A stretch of DNA of 64,000 bases, from the NCBI GenBank assembly GCA_934167485.1, contig CAKPKL010000002.1, positions 16,422 through 80,421 on the forward strand. The letters are read 5' to 3'. A program made the position numbers and the translations under genes. The stretch comes from an uncultured Bacilli bacterium. GTDB taxonomy: Bacteria; Bacillota_I; Bacilli_A; RF39; UBA660. The notes beneath the pieces were generated by a model, which saw nothing but the letters and a program-made list of their open reading frames with translations, made no database searches and had not been told where the DNA came from. Shown one piece after another: positions 29,222 through 38,505 of the stretch. How positions within the stretch are numbered: the first letter of the stretch is position 1; every line of letters starts with the position of its first letter.

Positions 29222-29248
29222 TATTTAACCAAATATATTTAACCAAAT
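29221..29248. repeat. Perfect 14-bp tandem duplication (atatttaaccaaat x2) abutting the -35 element
   Basis: 29221..29234 and 29235..29248 are identical. The position immediately upstream of the -35 suggests an activator site or UP-like element. Confidence 0.6.
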
Positions 29249-29302
29249 ATAAATTAAATAATTAATCAAATATTATTTTATATCATATCTTATTATAGGA
29301 AG

Positions 29303-29326
29303 AAAAAAATCACTTTAAGTGATTTT
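29303..29326 (-). terminator. Rho-independent terminator after the DUF11-like gene
   Basis: Stem AATCACT / AGTGATT (29308..29314 and 29318..29324) with a 3-nt loop, followed by a minus-strand T-run (plus-strand A-run 29303..29309). Overlaps the stop codon. Confidence 0.7.
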
Positions 29327-29855
29327 AACTTCTCCAATAAGGTGTCCCACAATCATATTTAATTGAATTTGTTCTTATTGGACTTATTACAACAACATAA
29401 TTACTATATAGTTCATCGCTTACATTATAATTTACTTTACAACGACTTTTTAAAATGAAAAAGTCGTTATATTTTTTTTTGACATTAAAAGTAACAATGC
29501 TTTTTGATGTAGGATCAACTTTTTCTAAATTAACTGTTAATGTATGATTTGCATCATTATATGAATACTCCGAGATAGTAGCAGATACACCATTAATAGA
29601 AACGCTGTCATTTACAAATTCAACCAAACTAGTATCTATAACATCAGTTATTATTGGAGATTCATAAGTAGTATCTGTTTGATTATCAAGAGTTATTGTA
29701 TAAGTAAGAAATCCATCACTCCAATTTTGTTTATTTGCACTTTTTGTTAATGTAAGTCCATCTATTATATTTACTACAGATGTATTTGATGTAAGGGAAG
29801 TTGGTATATTATTATAATTTCCTACTGAAGAAACTGTATTAGATAATTCACTCAT
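29325..29855 (-). CDS. Small DUF11-like (conserved repeat domain) protein, 176 aa, no signal peptide
   Basis: LTLTKSANKQNWSDGFLTYTITLDNQTDTTYESPIITDVIDTSLVEFVNDSVSINGV...SKSIVTFNVKKK fits the DUF11 pattern (K.a....v..G..ltYtitv.N.g...a..v.vtD.l......fv..s). RBS AGGAGG. Confidence 0.6.
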   Translation of the reverse strand: MSELSNTVSSVGNYNNIPTSLTSNTSVVNIIDGLTLTKSANKQNWSDGFLTYTITLDNQTDTTYESPIITDVIDTSLVEFVNDSVSINGVSATISEYSYNDANHTLTVNLEKVDPTSKSIVTFNVKKKYNDFFILKSRCKVNYNVSDELYSNYVVVISPIRTNSIKYDCGTPYWRS

Positions 29856-29902
29856 AGTTACCTCCTACAATAAGATATGTTATTTAATAAAATTTGTTCT
29901 TG

Positions 29903-30769
29903 TTACTTTTTTACCATTAAACAATAATTAACTTGAATAGGAGCTTTTATTTTATTATTAGGATTAAGTGTATTGTAATCATAAAAATAATTATTATCTA
30001 TATTTTTGTTATTTAACAATTCATAAATTAATAAATTTGAAGAATATGCTATATCTTGTATGTAACTATAAGAATATTTAGATTTCATTTCTGCATTAGC
30101 GCCATGAGCTAATTTACCATTAATTGATTTACTATATTCTCCTATATCATTTGGGTAATCAAATAAAATTGCACTCCCTCTTGGTATATTATCAGATAGC
30201 ACTTTCAATGTTTTTTTAAATGTTTCTTTTTCTAAATAATAGCTAACACCTAATATTGAACAAAATGTTTTTTCATCTTTTTTAAATCCGTTCTTTAATA
30301 AAAGTTTTATCCATTCATTATTAAAATCGCAACTAATATATTTAACATTTTGATTATTTATTTTAGCTTTCTTTATTCTTTCTATTTTATCTTGAATAAC
30401 ATCCTTTTTATCTAGTTCAAAAACTTTAACCGTTTTATTTACTTTATACATTGATGTATCATACCCACTACCTAATACTACATATTGTTTTAAACCTAAT
30501 CTAATTTCATTAAGTAAGTGTTTTTGATTGAATGCTAAACGTGCGAATACTAATGGTCCAAGTATATTGTTTACTATCCAACCAAGTGCATTATTACCAT
30601 TATATTTTGGATTAAAAAACTCAATTCCATTTTCTAAATGATATGATATAGAATCATACTCTTCAGGACTTAAAATACTAAACTTATCATAATATATTTT
30701 TATATTGCTATTTTTAACATGATAATCTTTTACAAAAGCACTTACTAGTGCTGTCATATTTTTATCCAT
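29903..30769 (-). CDS. Class I SAM-dependent methyltransferase (LCMT/TIGR00027-like)
   Basis: N-terminal TALVSAFVKDYH, and the SAM-binding-like strand QYVVLGSGYDTSMYK. RBS GGAGGTGA. Confidence 0.6.
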   Translation of the reverse strand: MDKNMTALVSAFVKDYHVKNSNIKIYYDKFSILSPEEYDSISYHLENGIEFFNPKYNGNNALGWIVNNILGPLVFARLAFNQKHLLNEIRLGLKQYVVLGSGYDTSMYKVNKTVKVFELDKKDVIQDKIERIKKAKINNQNVKYISCDFNNEWIKLLLKNGFKKDEKTFCSILGVSYYLEKETFKKTLKVLSDNIPRGSAILFDYPNDIGEYSKSINGKLAHGANAEMKSKYSYSYIQDIAYSSNLLIYELLNNKNIDNNYFYDYNTLNPNNKIKAPIQVNYCLMVKK

Positions 30770-30854
30770 AATTTCACCTCCATATACTTAATACACCTTT
30801 CTTATATTCATTACAAGTCTTGAAAAAAATGCAAATTTATGGTAATATAAATAT

Positions 30855-30897
30855 AGAAAAAGAAAGAAATAGGTTAAAATTTTTCCTATTTCTTTCT
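30855..30897 (-). terminator. Strong rho-independent terminator after the acyltransferase gene
   Basis: Perfect 13-bp stem AGAAAGAAATAGG / CCTATTTCTTTCT (30861..30873 and 30885..30897), followed by a minus-strand T-run. Confidence 0.8.
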
Positions 30898-33152
30898 TAT
30901 TTTATATTATTTTTTAAATATTTACTGAAGGCAATATTACCATTTTTAGTTAAATGTTTTCCATCAGCCATTAAATAATCTTTATGTTTTTTTATTTCTT
31001 TATAAAAATTTAAAACTGTAACATTTGAGTAATTATCTAATTTACTAATAGTTTTATCGAATGCTACTACATATACTTCATAGTCTGAACAAAGTTCTAT
31101 TAATTCTTTATAATCTTTTATACTTAAATTAGAACTTTCATCAAATGCAAATACTATTTTTTTTGTTATTGTATCTTCTTTTATAGATTCTATAATACTA
31201 TTTTTTATATCATTATATTTAAAATCTTTATTTGTTATAAATTTATCTTCCTTAAAATTATCTTTAAGATAATCAAAAGAATTAATTATAATATCGTTTC
31301 CATAAAAACTTATTCTATTTTTTAATTCTTCTTTATGTTTTTCTATCATTCTTTGTTGTTTTGCTTTGTATACCTCTAAATAAGAATTATATATAACATC
31401 ATAAATAGCTTTAGCATATGCTTCTCTACCGGTTGCTGTTAAATGTATTCCATCAGCATAAAAATAATCATCATGACCTTTAGAAAGATTTTTCCAATCT
31501 ATAATATGCAGATTATCATAAGAGCTTGCTAGTTCTACTAAGTTATCATTAACATAATCTAAATTAGTGGTATTAAGCCAGTATACTTCTCTATCGCCAC
31601 AAATCTCCATAATCTTCATTTTACATTCCTTAGAACAATCTCCATTTGTTCCTAAATGCAAAATAACAGGTTCACCTAATAAATTCATATTGCTTAACTC
31701 TTGTAATATTTCTTGAGCTTTCCATGTAGATCGTGATACTTTAGCATCAAAATATCCTTTAGGAAATGTTTTTGATAATTCTTCTACTGCACCCAACATA
31801 ACTGAATCTCCAATTCCAACTACTGGAAGTGATGAAACAACACTATCTAATTTACTTTGATCTTTTTCTAGTTCTTCAAGAGAATTCATTAATTCTTCTT
31901 CTCGCTTTTTTAATGCATCAGCATATTCTTCCTGATTTTGTTGTAACATTTTTTCATTATGCGCTAATTGATCTTTTAATTCATTCATCTCTTTTGTATG
32001 ATCTTTAGCTATAATATATTCAAACATACCTATTAAAGATATAATAATTATTATTATACTCATTATATCTTTTACTTTTTTATACTTTTTATTTTTATTA
32101 TTAATACAAAAATGTAATAAATAAGAGATTGCTATTACTAAAATTAATATTATAAACAATTTTAAAAGTTTATTAATATTTAAATATTGAAATAAATATA
32201 TTACTGGATATTGAACTAAATATACCTCATAACTAATACTAACTATATTTTTTATAAGTTTATCATTTTTTGATAATTCTTTATTTTTATTTGTAGTACC
32301 TATATCAATTAACAAACAAGTTATCAATGTTGTTATTATCATACTTATAGAATATATACTAGACTTAGAACTTATAAATATGAACATTAAACATAATATA
32401 GATAATCCACCATAAAAAATATATCGATATAATTCCTTTTTATTTAATACTTTTGGTAATATTTCTCCTTTATATATATGGTATATTCCTAAACAAAGTC
32501 CAAAGGCATATGAGAATAATCTTGTAAATGTACTATAATAAACTGACATCAGATTATTAGTTAAACTCATTATAAAGAAATATATTGTACTTAAAATAGT
32601 TATCATTAAAGCTATTCTACATATATTTTTTTTGCTTACTTTATTTTCTATCTTACGTAATCCTAAATATATAAAAGGAAATACTAGATCTAATTGCAAT
32701 AATATTGATATATACCATAAATGCATAAAAGGAGAATCAATATGTCTAGCAAAATAGTCTAAGTTAGCACCTAATTGCCAAAAATTATTATAACCAAAAA
32801 TAGCAGATGTTGCTTCAGGTTTTAAATTAAACCATGTAATATTTTTAAATAATGATACTGTAAATATTGTCATAAATACTACTATAATAAGTGGTAAATA
32901 TAATCTTAATAATTTACTAACATAATACTTTTTAAGTGAAAATTCTTGCTTTTTATAAGATGATTTAATTGATAAATATCCACTTAAAACAAAGAATATA
33001 CAAACTGCTAAATATCCACCTTTTAATATATTTAAATGATAAAATAGAACTGCTATACAAGCAATTAATCTAATTAAATCATAATCTCTATAATAATAGT
33101 TTATTTTTTTATCATGTCTATGTTTACGATTTTGTTTTTGCTTAGATTTCAT
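30897..33152 (-). CDS. OatA-like membrane acyltransferase (acyltransferase-3 domain) fused to an SGNH hydrolase domain plus a second, degenerate SGNH-like domain
   Basis: ~10 TMs in the N-terminal ~380 aa, then a coiled coil. SGNH block I is GIGDSVMLGA, followed by HLGTNGD and ADGIHLT. The C-terminal repeat has FYGNDIII (Ser replaced by Asn) but keeps ADGKHLT. Confidence 0.8.
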   Translation of the reverse strand: MKSKQKQNRKHRHDKKINYYYRDYDLIRLIACIAVLFYHLNILKGGYLAVCIFFVLSGYLSIKSSYKKQEFSLKKYYVSKLLRLYLPLIIVVFMTIFTVSLFKNITWFNLKPEATSAIFGYNNFWQLGANLDYFARHIDSPFMHLWYISILLQLDLVFPFIYLGLRKIENKVSKKNICRIALMITILSTIYFFIMSLTNNLMSVYYSTFTRLFSYAFGLCLGIYHIYKGEILPKVLNKKELYRYIFYGGLSILCLMFIFISSKSSIYSISMIITTLITCLLIDIGTTNKNKELSKNDKLIKNIVSISYEVYLVQYPVIYLFQYLNINKLLKLFIILILVIAISYLLHFCINNKNKKYKKVKDIMSIIIIIISLIGMFEYIIAKDHTKEMNELKDQLAHNEKMLQQNQEEYADALKKREEELMNSLEELEKDQSKLDSVVSSLPVVGIGDSVMLGAVEELSKTFPKGYFDAKVSRSTWKAQEILQELSNMNLLGEPVILHLGTNGDCSKECKMKIMEICGDREVYWLNTTNLDYVNDNLVELASSYDNLHIIDWKNLSKGHDDYFYADGIHLTATGREAYAKAIYDVIYNSYLEVYKAKQQRMIEKHKEELKNRISFYGNDIIINSFDYLKDNFKEDKFITNKDFKYNDIKNSIIESIKEDTITKKIVFAFDESSNLSIKDYKELIELCSDYEVYVVAFDKTISKLDNYSNVTVLNFYKEIKKHKDYLMADGKHLTKNGNIAFSKYLKNNIK

Positions 33153-33272
33153 TTCTACACCTCTTACTACTTGTCTTATTATTATAACATTTATTAGATT
33201 AAATATAAAGATATTATACTTCTATGTTTTTATTTTTTACATTTTTCTACAAAAAAAGTAGAAAATCTACTT

Positions 33273-34871
33273 TTAAACATTTATTTTTCTATAATCTTTT
33301 ATACATCTCTTAATTAATACTAAATAAAGTATTATAGAACTTATTAAAAGAATTATTATATTTAAAATTATTAAAACATTAATACTTAAGTATTTATTAA
33401 AATAAACAAAACAAAATATTGTTATTATAAATATTCCAACACCTATAAATACAGATATCATCGAACTCATACTTTGTTTTACTACTTCTGTATCATTTGA
33501 AGCATTCATTTTTGGATATTTTAAATTAACTATAATTCCTATAATAGCAGACAATAAAACTGTTATAATACCTATTAATAGAATTGATATTATATAAAAT
33601 ATATTAGGTTTAAATACTATAAAGAATATAAATTCACTAATTAATATAAATGGCATTTCTATTATAAATGGATAGATTATTTTTGATTTAAATATATCTT
33701 TTTCACTTATTGGAAGACTTTTTGTAATGTTAATAGTTTTTCCTTCTAGTGATATACTGGAGGATGTAATAGATGTCATACAAGTTGAAAAATATATTAA
33801 ACCGTAGTATAGAAGTGATAATGAAATATCACGATTTATATTATACTCTGATAATATAAGGTCAAAAGCACTTTTTCCTTTAATACATAAAAGTATTGTC
33901 ATAACAAAAACTAATAATAAACCAAAAGATGTATTAAACATATATACTGGAGAAGAAAAATATCTTTTTAGTTCTTTTTTTGTTAAAGAATATATAGGAC
34001 TTCTCATTCTAAATTTATTTTCTTTTGTTTTATTTTTTAATGTACTACTTTTAGAATTAGATATTATTTTGAAATAGTACTTAGATCCTAAATATATAAA
34101 AATTATAAAAGGTATAATATTAATTAATAATAGTTTTATTAAATCTATTATATTAAAATTATTTATTAAATTAACATAAACTCCTATTGGATAATATACT
34201 TTAATTAATATATCATTAATACTAGTGGCATTTTTAGCTATTGAGTCTATAAATGTATCCAATTTAAGACTTAAGAAAAATATCCCTAAAAATACAATAG
34301 AAGAAAGAACTGTTTGAACCATTTTCTTTGATTTAGATTTACTTGAAAATAGTTTTACTAAATAACCTATTGCACTTGATATTATTGTTGGTATTATAGG
34401 TATTAATAATGACATTAATATTGACATTATATAAAAGCTTATACCTGGTGATTCATAGTATATATATACTACAAATGCTGGTAATAAAAACATTGAATTA
34501 TATATATATTGAAATAATAATAATTTAAATATTCTTATAAATAAAATTTTTGATTTAGATATTGGAAGTGAAAATAATAAATCATTATCTCGTGCCTCAA
34601 ATAGTATTCCTTGAGATTTATATACTCCACTTGTAAATGTTAAAATAGTTACAAGTGCGATAAACATAGAAAGCATTACGTAAGTTAGTTTTAATGGATG
34701 TAATGTTTTACTCATTAAAACTGCATAAGAACCTATAGAAACGCAAACTATAATAAATAGAATTAAAGGAAATAATACTTTAGTTATTTTATTAGAATTT
34801 TTCTTTGTTGTGTATTTAAATAGATTCATATCTTGACTTAAAGCTGCTTTTATTAATGATTTTATTTTCAT
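33273..34871 (-). CDS. Polytopic ABC exporter permease-like membrane protein (532 aa)
   Basis: ~12 hydrophobic segments. 4-nt overlap with the upstream ABC ATPase gene. Confidence 0.7.
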   Translation of the reverse strand: MKIKSLIKAALSQDMNLFKYTTKKNSNKITKVLFPLILFIIVCVSIGSYAVLMSKTLHPLKLTYVMLSMFIALVTILTFTSGVYKSQGILFEARDNDLLFSLPISKSKILFIRIFKLLLFQYIYNSMFLLPAFVVYIYYESPGISFYIMSILMSLLIPIIPTIISSAIGYLVKLFSSKSKSKKMVQTVLSSIVFLGIFFLSLKLDTFIDSIAKNATSINDILIKVYYPIGVYVNLINNFNIIDLIKLLLINIIPFIIFIYLGSKYYFKIISNSKSSTLKNKTKENKFRMRSPIYSLTKKELKRYFSSPVYMFNTSFGLLLVFVMTILLCIKGKSAFDLILSEYNINRDISLSLLYYGLIYFSTCMTSITSSSISLEGKTINITKSLPISEKDIFKSKIIYPFIIEMPFILISEFIFFIVFKPNIFYIISILLIGIITVLLSAIIGIIVNLKYPKMNASNDTEVVKQSMSSMISVFIGVGIFIITIFCFVYFNKYLSINVLIILNIIILLISSIILYLVLIKRCIKDYRKINV

Positions 34872-35581
34872 GAGTTTTCTCCTAATTCAAGAAATACTTG
34901 TTCTAGAGATTCATCACCTTTTATATCTTTCATTTTACCTATTTTAACTATTTTACCTGCTTTTATAATTGCTACCCTATCACATAATTTTTCAGCTACA
35001 TCTAATATATGTGTTGAAAAAAATACACTTTTACCTTCTTTTGCCATTTTATGCATTAATTCTTTCATATCATATACTGCTTTTGGATCTAGTCCTACAA
35101 AAGGTTCATCCATTATAAGTATTTTTGGATTATGAGATAAAGCTGCAATTAGAGCTATTTTTTGCTTCATTCCATGTGAGAAACTAGATATATCATCATT
35201 TAATTTATTATCTATTTCAAACATACGTGAATATTTTAAAATATTTTCTTTTCTAATATCTGATGGCACACCGTACATGTCACATATAAAATTTATAAAA
35301 TCGATGGCTTTCATATTTTCATATAAATCTGGATTATCTGGTACATAAGCCATATCCATCTTACATAAAATAGGATCATTTTTAATAGATTTATTATTTA
35401 TTAAAATATCTCCTTCATCAAAATCTAATATACCTACAAGAGACTTTATCATAGTCGTTTTACCTGCTCCATTATGTCCAATAAACCCAAATATTTCACC
35501 ATTTTTTATTTTAAAACTAACATTATCTATTGCTTTTACTTTACCATCATATGATTTACTTACATTTTTTATATCTATCAT
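34868..35581 (-). CDS. ABC transporter ATP-binding protein
   Basis: Walker A GHNGAGKTT, signature FSHGMKQKIAL, Walker B ILIMDEPF. Confidence 0.9.
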   Translation of the reverse strand: MIDIKNVSKSYDGKVKAIDNVSFKIKNGEIFGFIGHNGAGKTTMIKSLVGILDFDEGDILINNKSIKNDPILCKMDMAYVPDNPDLYENMKAIDFINFICDMYGVPSDIRKENILKYSRMFEIDNKLNDDISSFSHGMKQKIALIAALSHNPKILIMDEPFVGLDPKAVYDMKELMHKMAKEGKSVFFSTHILDVAEKLCDRVAIIKAGKIVKIGKMKDIKGDESLEQVFLELGENS

Positions 35582-35590
35582 ATATTCCTC

Positions 35591-35818
35591 CTATTTTTTT
35601 ATACTTATACCAATTGCTTCGCCTATTAGCATGCCTATACTAAGTCCTAAACCTAAATTTATATTTAACATAGTAGAAAATAGTATACCTAAAGACATCC
35701 CTATACACATACCTTCACTAATATAATCATTCTTTTTACTTTTTTTATTTGCACAAATAACTACAATACATAAACCAATGATTACCCAAGGAAGTGCGGA
35801 TAATATAAACTCTTTCAT
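35591..35818 (-). CDS. Small membrane protein (75 aa)
   Basis: Two TMs (LPWVIIGLCIVVI and GLGLSIGMLIGEAIGI). 4-nt overlap with the upstream gene. Confidence 0.6.
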   Translation of the reverse strand: MKEFILSALPWVIIGLCIVVICANKKSKKNDYISEGMCIGMSLGILFSTMLNINLGLGLSIGMLIGEAIGISIKK

Positions 35819-36612
35819 TTTGTTTCTCCTTTAAAATTTACCTTTATTTCTCCTATTCCACCATCTATATCTATATAATTTGATCCATTACCAATTACCT
35901 CATTATCTTTTACCTTTTTATTATCTATATAAACATTACCTATACCTTTATCTAATTTAATTTTATAATCAAGAGACTTACCTAATATATCTAATTTAAG
36001 ACTTCCTATTCCTGCATCTATTTTAGTATTTCCAGTAAGATTTGCCTCAATTATTATTTCACCTACACCCATATCTAAATCTAAATTATTTATTAAACTA
36101 GACTTTATTTCTAATTTTCCTGCTCCTGACTCTATATCGGTATTATTAGTCTTAATATTATTAATATTAGTTTTTCCAGCACCCAGTTCTAGATCTAAAT
36201 TATTAACTTGCATATTTTCTATATTTATACTACCTGCTCCATTTTCTATTTTTACTTCATTAAATTTATAATTATTAGGTACATATATAATTACTTTTGA
36301 ATTATTTCTTACTCTAAATAATCTCCTTTTTTCTTTAATTAAAAGCTTATTTTCTTTATTACTACATTTAATATTATTATTATTTGTTTCTATTATAAAC
36401 TTATCTGATTCTTTTATTTCCAAATTAGAATAATTTAAACTTAAATCTAAATTTTCATTATAATTACAAGATAGTTCTTTTAACTCACCTAGTTTTTCAC
36501 TATTTCCAAAAATACTAAATATTAATACTGTAATTGATGATATTATTGTTACTATTAAAAATATAGCAAATGCGATTGACAAATTTTTAATTATTTTTTG
36601 AGTCGTTGTCAT
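35815..36612 (-). CDS. DUF4097-like (putative adhesin, beta-helical repeat) membrane-anchored protein
   Basis: N-terminal TM. Repeats are NGAGSINIENM, LGAGKTNINNI, SGAGKLEIKSS, MGVGEIIIEAN and AGIGSLKLDI. The family number is from memory. Confidence 0.65.
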   Translation of the reverse strand: MTTTQKIIKNLSIAFAIFLIVTIISSITVLIFSIFGNSEKLGELKELSCNYNENLDLSLNYSNLEIKESDKFIIETNNNNIKCSNKENKLLIKEKRRLFRVRNNSKVIIYVPNNYKFNEVKIENGAGSINIENMQVNNLDLELGAGKTNINNIKTNNTDIESGAGKLEIKSSLINNLDLDMGVGEIIIEANLTGNTKIDAGIGSLKLDILGKSLDYKIKLDKGIGNVYIDNKKVKDNEVIGNGSNYIDIDGGIGEIKVNFKGETK

Positions 36613-37286
36613 TTAATATCAACTCCTCCAAATAAACAAGTTGCATTTATATAAATTGTAATCTCTTTCTTATTTTCACTATTTTTTTTATTACTTACTC
36701 CACCAAATATACTTGATGATTTTACTTTTATTTTAACATCATTAGGTACAAGTATATCAACACCACCAAACACACTAGTTGTATTAATTACTATATCCTT
36801 AGTAATTATTGACTCTCTAAGATCTAATTCTACACCACCAAATATAGCATTTATATCAGTTCCATTAAATTCTTCTTTATCATATTTAATTTTTTCACTA
36901 GAAAATGTTGCACATATTACATCATCTTTTTTTGATTTATTTAATTCTTTTATTTTTTTATTTATTTTACTATTAAAAACATCTTTAAAAATAAATGAAA
37001 GACCTATTATTATTAAAATAATTGGTAAAATTAATTTAGAAGCAGTATATATATCTATTAGTCCATTACAACAAAGCAAAAGAATAATACCTACTAATAA
37101 ACCTATAATATTTCCTTTCTTTTCATATTGAGTTAATAAACCTATAAAACAAGGTACTATTATAAATAAAGTCCACCATCCATTAAAAAATACATTAATA
37201 CTTGTTATACCAAGTTCATTAAGACCAAATATACCTCCTATTAAAACTAACACAATTCCCCATAATATTCTACTAATATTTTTCAT
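36609..37286 (-). CDS. LiaF-like (cell wall-active antibiotic response, DUF2154-type C-terminal domain) membrane protein
   Basis: Four N-terminal TMs. C-terminal repeats are AIFGGVELDL, SVFGGVDILVP, SIFGGVSNK and CLFGGVDIK. Confidence 0.65.
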   Translation of the reverse strand: MKNISRILWGIVLVLIGGIFGLNELGITSINVFFNGWWTLFIIVPCFIGLLTQYEKKGNIIGLLVGIILLLCCNGLIDIYTASKLILPIILIIIGLSFIFKDVFNSKINKKIKELNKSKKDDVICATFSSEKIKYDKEEFNGTDINAIFGGVELDLRESIITKDIVINTTSVFGGVDILVPNDVKIKVKSSSIFGGVSNKKNSENKKEITIYINATCLFGGVDIK

Positions 37287-37299
37287 ATAATCCTCTCCT

Positions 37300-37887
37300 T
37301 TAATCTAATACCCATTTATTATTTTTATTTTCTTCTAAAAGCATGAGTGCTTGAAACTCTAATGACAATAATTCTTTTATTTGTTCATCACTTAAACTTA
37401 CAGTATGGCTTGCTACTAAGGTAGCTATACCATGTGAAAACATCCACATCTTGGTATGAAATGTTTTTATATCTTTATCACTTAATTTTGTACTAACTTT
37501 AATTAATTTAGCAATTTCTTTGAAGTCTTCATCCTCTTGTAAAATAAATTCTTTAGGAACATATTTTGAACCACTCATAAATAATATTTTAAATAAATTA
37601 TTTTCATTTTTAGCAAACTTTATATAATTGATACCTACTTGCTTATACTTTGGCATATCATCCGTCATATTTTCAAGTATGTATGAATAAAAATACTTTT
37701 CTATTTTTATATATAATTCTTTGTTTAATTCTTCTACATTTTTAAATTGATAATAAATAGGTCTTATTGATGAATTTAATTTTTTAGCAAGTTCCCTATT
37801 ACTAACACATTCTATACCCTTTTCTCTTGCTATAGAAAAAGCAGCATCTAGTATTTTATCTTTAGTTATTTTTAATGTTGTTGGCAT
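37300..37887 (-). CDS. TetR/AcrR family transcriptional regulator
   Basis: N-terminal HTH KILDAAFSIAREKGIECVSNRELAKKLNSSIRPIYYQFKNVEEL. RBS GAGGTGA. First gene of the LiaF-like/DUF4097/ABC operon. Confidence 0.85.
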   Translation of the reverse strand: MPTTLKITKDKILDAAFSIAREKGIECVSNRELAKKLNSSIRPIYYQFKNVEELNKELYIKIEKYFYSYILENMTDDMPKYKQVGINYIKFAKNENNLFKILFMSGSKYVPKEFILQEDEDFKEIAKLIKVSTKLSDKDIKTFHTKMWMFSHGIATLVASHTVSLSDEQIKELLSLEFQALMLLEENKNNKWVLD

Positions 37888-37903
37888 GTTATCACCTCAT
37901 TCT

Positions 37904-37938
37904 AATTATATTGTATCACATAGTACATTATTTGTAAA
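37904..37938 (-). promoter_or_regulatory. Promoter TTTACA-17-TGaTACAAT of the TetR operon; contains the 33-bp box shared with 27718..27750
   Basis: Minus strand reads TTTACA (37938..37933), the 17-nt spacer AATAATGTACTATGTGA, then TACAAT (37915..37910). 37904..37936 is identical to 27718..27750. Confidence 0.65.
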
Positions 37939-37940
37939 TT

Positions 37941-37963
37941 AAAAAAAGTATAGAAACCTATAC
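37941..37963 (-). terminator. Rho-independent terminator after the NUDIX gene
   Basis: Stem GTATAG / CTATAC (37948..37953 and 37958..37963) with a 4-nt loop, followed by a minus-strand T-run (plus-strand A-run 37941..37947). Confidence 0.65.
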
Positions 37964-38460
37964 TATTTATTTAAATATTTTAAAATACTAAAAAATGGAG
38001 CTATATTACCTTTTCTAATTTTATCTTCTTCAATCAATTTTTTTATTTCTTCTATTGATAACCAAAATACATCATCTACTTCTTCTTTTTGTAATTTTAA
38101 ATCTGAAATATTAATATCTTTTTCTAAATAATATACATCAACAAAAGCATTTTTTATTAAATCTGTATATATAAACTTTACATTATCATCTCTTATATTT
38201 ATACCTAACTCTTCTTCTGTCTCACAAAATACAGTTTCCATACTAGTACTGCCTGCTTTAACAAATCCACCAGTTGTAGCTATGACATTGCCTTTTTCCA
38301 TAGATGTTTTTTGAAATAAAAATTTATCTTCACTATTTTTTATAAAAATTAAAATTATATTTATATATCTATCTTTTAACTTAGATAACTTATCTTTATC
38401 TCTTATTATTTTTTCACCAGTTAATTTTTTATTTGAATCATATAAATCTAAATATTCCAT
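37963..38460 (-). CDS. NUDIX-family hydrolase (variant Nudix box)
   Basis: GGFVKAGSTSMETVFCETEEELGI approximates GX5EX7REUXEEXGU, with ETEEELGI as the C-terminal half. The N-terminal LDLYD...TGE is typical of this subgroup. Confidence 0.65.
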   Translation of the reverse strand: MEYLDLYDSNKKLTGEKIIRDKDKLSKLKDRYINIILIFIKNSEDKFLFQKTSMEKGNVIATTGGFVKAGSTSMETVFCETEEELGINIRDDNVKFIYTDLIKNAFVDVYYLEKDINISDLKLQKEEVDDVFWLSIEEIKKLIEEDKIRKGNIAPFFSILKYLNK

Positions 38461-38505
38461 AATGCCTCCACTATGTCTTAATTTTATAACACTAATATAT
38501 AAAAA

